NCBI RefSeq assembly: GCF_001194135.2
Contig: NC_068997.1
Coordinates: forward strand, 26,490,594-26,532,279
Length of the DNA stretch: 41,686 nt
Direction of reading: 5' to 3'
From: Octopus bimaculoides
Lineage: Eukaryota
Shown: piece after piece, positions 33,886 through 41,686 of the stretch
How positions within the stretch are numbered: the first letter of the stretch is position 1
How the letters are laid out: each line of letters begins with the position of its first letter
Notes under the pieces: generated by a model
The model's input: only the letters and a program-made list of their open reading frames with translations
Told to the model about the DNA's origin: nothing
Databases searched by the model: none
Position numbers and translations under genes: made by a program

Positions 33886-36800
33886 ATACAACACGAGGGA
33901 TAGCGGTAACAACAGATCAATAGTTTATTCTAGGTTGGTGTAGAGCCATTTCGTTCCTGGGTGAATAGGCATGCCGCTAGAATACNNNNNNNNNNNNNNN
34001 NNNNNNNNNNNNNNNNNNNNNNNNNNNNNNNNNNNNNNNNNNNNNNNNNNNNNNNNNNNNNNNNNNNNNNNNNNNNNNNNNNNNNNNNNNNNNNNNNNNN
34101 NNNNNNNNNNNNNNNNNNNNNNNNNNNNNNNNNNNNNNNNNNNNNNNNNNNNNNNNNNNNNNNNNNNNNNNNNNNNNNNNNNNNNNNNNNNNNNNNNNNN
34201 NNNNNNNNNNNNNNNNNNNNNNNNNNNNNNNNNNNNNNNNNNNNNNNNNNNNNNNNNNNNNNNNNNNNNNNNNNNNNNNNNNNNNNNNNNNNNNNNNNNN
34301 NNNNNNNNNNNNNNNNNNNNNNNNNNNNNNNNNNNNNNNNNNNNNNNNNNNNNNNNNNNNNNNNNNNNNNNNNNNNNNNNNNNNNNNNNNNNNNNNNNNN
34401 NNNNNNNNNNNNNNNNNNNNNNNNNNNNNNNNNNNNNNNNNNNNNNNNNNNNNNNNNNNNNNNNNNNNNNNNNNNNNNNNNNNNNNNNNNNNNNNNNNNN
34501 NNNNNNNNNNNNNNNNNNNNNNNNNNNNNNNNNNNNNNNNNNNNNNNNNNNNNNNNNNNNNNNNNNNNNNNNNNNNNNNNNNNNNNNNNNNNNNNNNNNN
34601 NNNNNNNNNNNNNNNNNNNNNNNNNNNNNNNNNNNNNNNNNNNNNNNNNNNNNNNNNNNNNNNNNNNNNNNNNNNNNNNNNNNNNNNNNNNNNNNNNNNN
34701 NNNNNNNNNNNNNNNNNNNNNNNNNNNNGAGGGCGAGGAAACAAGATGGCCGCCGAACCCAGAAAACATGGCTAAAATTATACAATGAAAAAACAAAAAT
34801 TGTTTTGTTAAAACAAAGAATGACAAACTCAATAAATTTGCAAAGCAATGCTGTGTCGGATGCAGTAACGGAAGCAAAACTTTTGCATCCGACACGATGT
34901 GAGTAAGAAAAAGGTTCTGTTCACCATGAAAAGTTCAGCCAGACCTAGAGATAAAGGGTCTGTGTGAAAGAAAGTTGCAACAAAGGTGTTGGCGTGAGCA
35001 AATGTGTATGCAAAGGTTGAAACAATATGTAATGTGTACATATTTTCTTTTAGCATGTAAGAATGACCATGCGAACCCAAAAGGAGAAATGGTGACGAAT
35101 GGAAAAACAGGATTCCTTTTATTTAAACGCGTCACACGGTCGAACACAAGAAATATATCAAAGATGATATACAAATATGTTATACTACGATAACATAGTA
35201 ATTCATAAATGACCAGTAATTAAGACGATAGAAGACAACCGCATGAAATGAATAACAGAATTATTTATTGTGACATTAAAATGTATGTCTGTGTGTGAGT
35301 GTGAATGCGACATAATGAAAACATAATAAAAGACGGGCCGTCGTATAAAGAAAAGAGTATGTGTAAGTAATACATGTATGTGTATGCGTTATATACAGCA
35401 GATAAAAGAGAGTCAGTAACACGTGTGAGCATTTATACCAGTTCTTAGAGTAGGAAGAGTCTGTATGTGAAAGAAGTTGAGGCTGTGTGTGTGACAAAGC
35501 GATCACTAGTTGTGCTGTTGTGGCTTCCATGCCGGGCCGGGTTCTTGTTATACAGATGTTCGTCGCTGGCTGAACTCTTGGCTGTTATTTTGTGGTGAAG
35601 ATGAATCACACAAACAGAATCGAAGAGAGAGAATATGTGCCGCGGTTACTGTTTGGACGCTGGTGTACGTAGAAAGTCGGGTTGACTATGGTTGGCGATG
35701 ATGCTGGTTAGTAGTCGTAGACTCGTGTTGCTGATGGCGACGTCGGTGGTAGTCGTAGCTGGACGAAGCTGTTGATGTAGTCGCTGGAATTGGTGCTGCT
35801 GATCTGTGTGTGGTACACGGAACAGTCTCTAAGAGAAACTGAACCGAGACGAAATTGCCGGGTATAATCTAGTCTATTTAAAGCAAAATAGGGGCTCCAG
35901 AGAATGATTAGAAAAACACTATCACGTGACCTTATTAGGAGCTGTGATTGGTCAGTTTGCGTTCTGGCGGGAACGGTTCGAAGAAGTTGCCACTTCGAAT
36001 AATAGTCAGTCACGTGATGACAAGGAAAGGTGTTTTCTACTACGGCCGATCTTGAATATATTTAACAGCGGGGAAGATGGCTTCTTCGTATACAATGGCG
36101 ATCGAGGTGTTAGTTTCACTACAAGCACGTTACTGTGCACAGAAATGGCAGAAAAACAATGTTTGTTTGTACAGAGAAATGAAATGCCGGCGGCACAAAA
36201 ATGTCAAACGTATATTGTTTTGGAAAGTTTCTTTGGCCAATGCACTGTCCGGCCAGATCTAGTGACATAAGGGTCATTTGAGTTTTGTCGCAACGACGAA
36301 GGTGGAGTGGTTTCTGGTGTGTGTGTTTGTGATGGTATCGATGTTGGTGTATGCATTGGTAAAGATGTTGACAGTGGTGTGTGTGGTGTTTGAAATACGG
36401 GCACGTCGTCCACGGAAGNNNNNNNNNNAAGATTGTGGAACCATGTGTGCAAAGGAGAGAGAGAGAGAGAGAAATGTTCGTAAATACAAAAAAACAATGG
36501 TGTTTGCTTTTGTTTTGTTTCTGTTTGTGTGAGTGTGACATATAAACACAATAGGCAGGCTGTCATGTAAACAAAGTGCATGTGTATACAAACATGGATG
36601 CATGTGTGTGCAAGTAATACAGAGCATAGAAAAGAGTCTATAAGCGCGTTAGAAGAAAGTCCAGACACAAGGATAGTAAATACCAGTTCTCAGTTAAAGT
36701 ACACAGTAGATTGAAAGTCTGTATATAAGATGTGCAGGCATAGCTAAGTCACATGTCGTGAGAGGTTGTGGCTTCTATGCCGATTACTTGATACAGGAGT

Positions 36801-38140
36801 TCTCGCAGGTTGTATTCGCTGTTAACCATGGTGAAATAATTCACGAAGTGTTGAGATAGAACCTGTGCGAGTGCTGTTGGTTGCTGTGTACGTAGCAAGA
36901 AGTTGGTGTTGACCCTAAGAAGCTGGAGGTCNNNNNNNNNNNNNNNNNNNNNNNNNNNNNNNNNNNNNNNNNNNNNNNNNNNNNNNNNNNNNNNNNNNNN
37001 NNNNNNNNNNNNNNNNNNNNNNNNNNNNNNNNNNNNNNNNNNNNNNNNNNNNNNNNNNNNNNNNNNNNNNNNNNNNNNNNNNNNNNNNNNNNNNNNNNNN
37101 NNNNNNNNNNNNNNNNNNNNNNNNNNNNNNNNNNNNNNNNNNNNNNNNNNNNNNNNNNNNNNNNNNNNNNNNNNNNNNNNNNNNNNNNNNNNNNNNNNNN
37201 NNNNNNNNNNNNNNNNNNNNNNNNNNNNNNNNNNNNNNNNNNNNNNNNNNNNNNNNNNNNNNNNNNNNNNNNNNNNNNNNNNNNNNNNNNNNNNNNNNNN
37301 NNNNNNNNNNNNNNNNNNNNNNNNNNNNNNNNNNNNNNNNNNNNNNNNNNNNNNNNNNNNNNNNNNNNNNNNNNNNNNNNNNNNNNNNNNNNNNNNNNNN
37401 NNNNNNNNNNNNNNNNNNNNNNNNNNNNNNNNNNNNNNNNNNNNNNNNNNNNNNNNNNNNNNNNNNNNNNNNNNNNNNNNNNNNNNNNNNNNNNNNNNNN
37501 NNNNNNNNNNNNNNNNNNNNNNNNNNNNNNNNNNNNNNNNNNNNNNNNNNNNNNNNNNNNNNNNNNNNNNNNNNNNNNNNNNNNNNNNNNNNNNNNNNNN
37601 NNNNNNNNNNNNNNNNNNNNNNNNNNNNNNNNNNNNNNNNNNNNNNNNNNNNNNNNNNNNNNNNNNNNNNNNNNNNNNNNNNNNNNNNNNNNNNNNNNNN
37701 NNNNNNNNNNNNNNNNNNNNNNNNNNNNNNNNNNNNNNNNNNNNNNNNNNNNNNNNNNNNNNNNNNNNNNNNNNNNNATACAGCAACACGAGGGATAGCG
37801 GTAACAACAGATCAATAGTTTATTCTAGGTTGGTGTAGAGCCGTTTCGTTCCTGGGTGAATAGGCATGCCGGTAGAATACCAAAGAAGCTTCGACCACAT
37901 GTCGGGGTCGAGTTGAGACAGCTTGGAAGAACGTCCTGTCACGACGGCTGCTGGATGGATAAGAGATACGTGTTGTCGCCACCGCTGCTAGAGAGAAAAG
38001 AGATAGAACGCTATTGCTTTCTCTCTACCTGTTGCATTGCGCATGCGTGCTCGGGTACTTCCGCTGACGGCAAGTCCCTTGCACATGCGCAATGGCACTT
38101 CCCAAGATGGCATCCAATGGCGGCCACACGCGCCACTACA
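33886..38140 (-). mobile_element. LTR-retrotransposon-like composite, apparently non-autonomous, partly in gaps
   Basis: 33889-33985 and 37784-37880 are direct repeats identical at 95/97 nt with AATAAA on -. The distal copy extends to a TGTAGTGG start at 38140 (-). The interior has PYVTRSGRTVHWPKKL (36225-36272), resembling Gypsy integrase C-termini. No RT, PBS, PPT or TSD is visible. Confidence 0.55.
34729..36931 (-). repeat. Diverged tandem duplication, period about 1.25-1.33 kb, inside the LTR-like element
   Basis: Collinear anchors: aagatggc 34744/36074; RSG-motif region 34937/36250; taccagttct 35436/36681; ttgtggcttcYatgccg 35518/36766. Confidence 0.7.
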
Positions 38141-40894
38141 AACATAGCTCTCACACACACACAGACATGCAGACAGATTCAATCATATATGTATTCCTGT
38201 AAATATGCATTAGTACATAGTTACATTCATATGTACATTATTATCAAAGTACATACACACATGCATGCACACACAGAGAACAACACACACACATATGTGT
38301 ATGCATGCCCATACAATGACATTCTTACCTGCACAGACATACATCCACAGAATCACATATACACACACACTTACACATACAAGAACACACACATTCATAC
38401 ATATACACACAATCACAGATATACACACACACACACACAAACACATACACTTATATGAGTGTGTGTGAGCAGGTATAAACACTGACACATTTACACACAC
38501 ACACTTATAGACATGTACACATACATATGCAGGTCCTTAAATCTGGGGCATATTAGGACGTGGTGGGGACAGGGACCCGGGGGGGGGACAGAGGCAGTAG
38601 TGATAAGAGTTTATAGGTGAAAGGAAGGAGTTTATTTTAGGGAGCTTAGCCTTGTTGTGGTGGGGAGGAGGAGCCATTAGGGAAGGGAGGGGTTATGTTA
38701 ACCTGATATAATTAGCCCCTCTCCCCCACCTTCCTATTTGTCTTTATAATGTAGAATATAGGGGGGAAGGAGAGGTCTCCCATGGAATAGATCAGCCAGT
38801 GGGGTGGAAAGAGGAGTTGTTTGGGGAGTAGGAGAGAGAGAGGGAGAGTGAATGAAGACATTGTTTAGGGATCACCAGACACGGTGGGAGGGGTGGAGGG
38901 GCGACAGAGGGATGCAGTAAGTATTAATGGTAAAGGGTGTGTGTATAGCAGGTGAGCAGAGCAGGGCTTAGTAAAGAGTTTAATTTTTGGTTTAGGGGGT
39001 ACAGCCTCACTAGAGCATGTGGTGGGGGCTGGCTTGGAAGAAGGTAGGAAATTGTGGATGTTGGGTGAGAGACTAAGAGAGCAATGAGGGAAAGGGAGAA
39101 GTAGGGGGGTGGGTCATTGGTTTCTGAGTGGATTATGGGTTAAGTTAAAATAGGGTAGTAGGTTGGTTTATGTTGGATAGAATTAAGGGGTAAAATGGGT
39201 GTGGGATACTAAGGGACCCTGGTGGTGGTGGTGATGGTGTTAGAGCTATATATGGAAACAGAAAATCTAAGCAAGATAGAATCACTGCAAGTCCAACTTG
39301 CTTTAAGCAGATTTATCATCAAATACTTTCCACCCATGACTATCCAACCTTTCATATCTTAGGAACTACATTATCTACTGAATCATTCATTATTTTAAGA
39401 CAGCAAGTCATGACTTGAGGAAGATTTAGTTGCTATTTCTACTTAATTGAGCAGCTATGTAGAGGTTTCCTTAGGGTATTTTAATTGTTTTTGTAGTTTA
39501 ACCCTTGGCGAGTGACCCTGATAAAGCAGCCGTGATCAAAGGCATTCCAACCTCAAACAACCAGTATCATTTTTCTCTGTTTAACTTCAGAGTTGACCTG
39601 AAGTTAAACAACAACAACTACGTCCCCAGTTGATGCATTGTATTACTATCACTCACAAGTGAGTATGATTTGGTAACGTACCATGCTTTTGCTAACTGTT
39701 TAAGGTGCCTGTGTAGTTGTGAGGAGACACATAGACACCTTCTATACTTTTCCCCGCACATCACCTTGCAGAAGATCAGGGATGTGACTACTGGAGGAGA
39801 GAAAGAAATGGATGCATTAACACTGGAGTGGTACACATTTACAGCCGAATAGACGGGAGTGAAATTAAATAAGCTGCCTTTTTCTTAGGAGACAATATGT
39901 CTCTTGGCCTGGGAACTGAACTCACGTCCTTATGGTCATGAATCCATGGTCTTAACAACTAGGCCAGCCAATAATGGCTTGTTTATAAGGAGCAGTAGGG
40001 TAAGATTTGATAGGTAAGAGAGAAGAATTGGATGGGAGCAGGTTGAAAGAAGATATTTAGGCCAAATGACAAAGGTCAGATGATGAGGTAGGTAGGAGGG
40101 GGGTGTCGCCTTTAAGTAAACATTCCAATCAACAGGTGAAACAAAAGTCAGGTAAGCAGGAAGGAAACAATAAAATTATAATAAAAGCTACACAAATTTA
40201 AATAAATAGATAGATTGACAGATAAATAAATATTTCTGTTGCTTCTAACCTTAGTTAGTTCTTGGCTTCCACCCCCACCCCCCCAAATGTCATCACCACA
40301 ACCACCAACAACCATTTTAACCACAACCAACATCACCATCATAACCTTCATGAATGGTATCCCCTGACCACTATTACAACCACCACCACCACCGTCACCT
40401 CCACTACCACTAAAATCATCACTATCACCAGGATCATTTCCACACACATCAGGTGTGGGGGGGGGGGGTGTATACAAATATTTTTACTGCTAGATTTAAT
40501 TACCCTTTACCTAAACCTGGATAATTCTTTATACACTTACAAAAATTAATCTTATTCCATTTATGGGAGGAGCCCTTGCCTTTCATTCCCCACATAAGGG
40601 TTTGCTTTCTCATTGCTAATACTTTTTCCTGTATATATATATATATATNNNNNNNNNNNNNNNNNNNNNNNNNNNNNNNNNNNNNNNNNNNNNNNNNNNN
40701 NNNNNNNNNNNNNNNNNNNNNNNNNNNNNNNNNNNNNNNNNNNNNNNNNNNNNNNNNNNNNNNNNNNNNNNNNNNNNNNNNNNNNNACTTATTCTCTTAG
40801 TCACTTTTGCCAAACTGCTAACTTACAGGAACATAAACAAACCGCTGGATAGCTAGTAGTGAAGGACAAACACAAAGACACACACACATACATA

Positions 40895-41190
40895 CATGCC
40901 AGCACCATGTAAAAACTGACAGGCTGGTGCCACATTAAAAGCCCCCTTGCCAGCGCCATGTAGAAGCACCTTTGCTGGTGTCACGTGAGAAGCACCTAAG
41001 CCAGTGGCACATGAAAGCACTCAATACACTCTGTTAAATAGTTTGCATTAGGAAGGACATCCAGCCGTAGAAACCATGCCAAAACAGATGACTGGTGCCT
41101 GGTGCAGCCCTCCAGCCTTGCCAGCTCCTGTCGAACTGTCCAACCCATGCTAGCATGGAGAACAGTCGATAAATGATGATGATGGTGATG
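40895..41190 (+). mobile_element. Longer (ATG)n-tailed retroposon copy
   Basis: attaggaaggacatccagccgtagaaac...aacccatgctagcatgg plus gatgatgatg tail; upstream ccatgtaaaa-type sub-repeats. Confidence 0.75.
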
Positions 41191-41686
41191 ATATGTATAT
41201 AGATCATCGTCATCAACTGGTTACAGTCAAATGACTGAAACAAGCAAAAGAATATAATATAAAAAACGCATATACATGCACACACGCAAGCTCACGCGTG
41301 CGCACATACATACACAAGATCTAGGGCATACCCAAAACCACCAATGCAATTAGCCGGTTTGTGAAGTACCCCAAGGTTCAACTGGTCTACACACATACCC
41401 TCACTTTTGACCTTTCCAGCCCTTCCAGACACGACCACCACCCCCACCCACTGCTACTGCTTGTACCCCCCTCTTTCCAACTCACCACCATCACTGCTGC
41501 CGCCACCATTGTCAAGACAATGTTATCAAACAAAAGCTGTCTCACAGCAAAGTTTCATTTAGTCAGACATAGCAAAATATGTTAGGGTTGGATCTGTGGG
41601 TTAAGGCAGCTGACATCTTATCTCTCACCCTCTCATACCTCCCTCATATATTCATTCTGTTTCTCTCTCTCTCTCTCTCTCTCTAT

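Noticed and set aside
33800-33890. 3' end (CA) and TSD of the proximal LTR
   Set aside because: No TG start on + preceded by the distal flank (aacat) could be found, so the boundary is left undetermined.
39595-39612. TTC AG|gt candidate for the missing HR1 exon end (...NLFR)
   Set aside because: Upstream translation (LLFNFR) does not resemble HR1 helix 1.

Overview
AT-rich, microsatellite- and SINE-dense animal genomic DNA with about 10 N-gaps. It is most likely octopus (inferred from repeat families I recognise plus microsatellite load, not from a search). Almost every ORF in the supplied track is an artefact of simple repeats or Ns. Two convergent, intron-rich protein-coding genes can be rebuilt by hand with canonical GT-AG junctions and consistent phases. 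(1) On +, a 4-exon, 85-aa microprotein (8870-14444) resembling the NCBP2AS2/HIAR family; it is absent from the ORF track. (2) On -, 13 coding exons (32442-19759, 663 complete sense codons) of a rhophilin (partial HR1, BRO1, PDZ, Asn-rich tail); its canonical first exon(s) are not visible, but a candidate in-frame alternative first exon lies at 32769-32860. Upstream of rhophilin is a roughly 4.3-kb LTR-like composite (about 33886-38140) with near-identical terminal segments and an internal diverged ~1.3-kb tandem unit ending in a Gypsy-integrase-like C-terminal motif. The rest is tRNA/CORE-type SINEs (nested, tandem and inverted), two hAT-type MITEs, a mariner-derived MITE, RTE-type LINE relics and mini/microsatellites. 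No rRNA, bona fide tRNA gene or CRISPR array was found.
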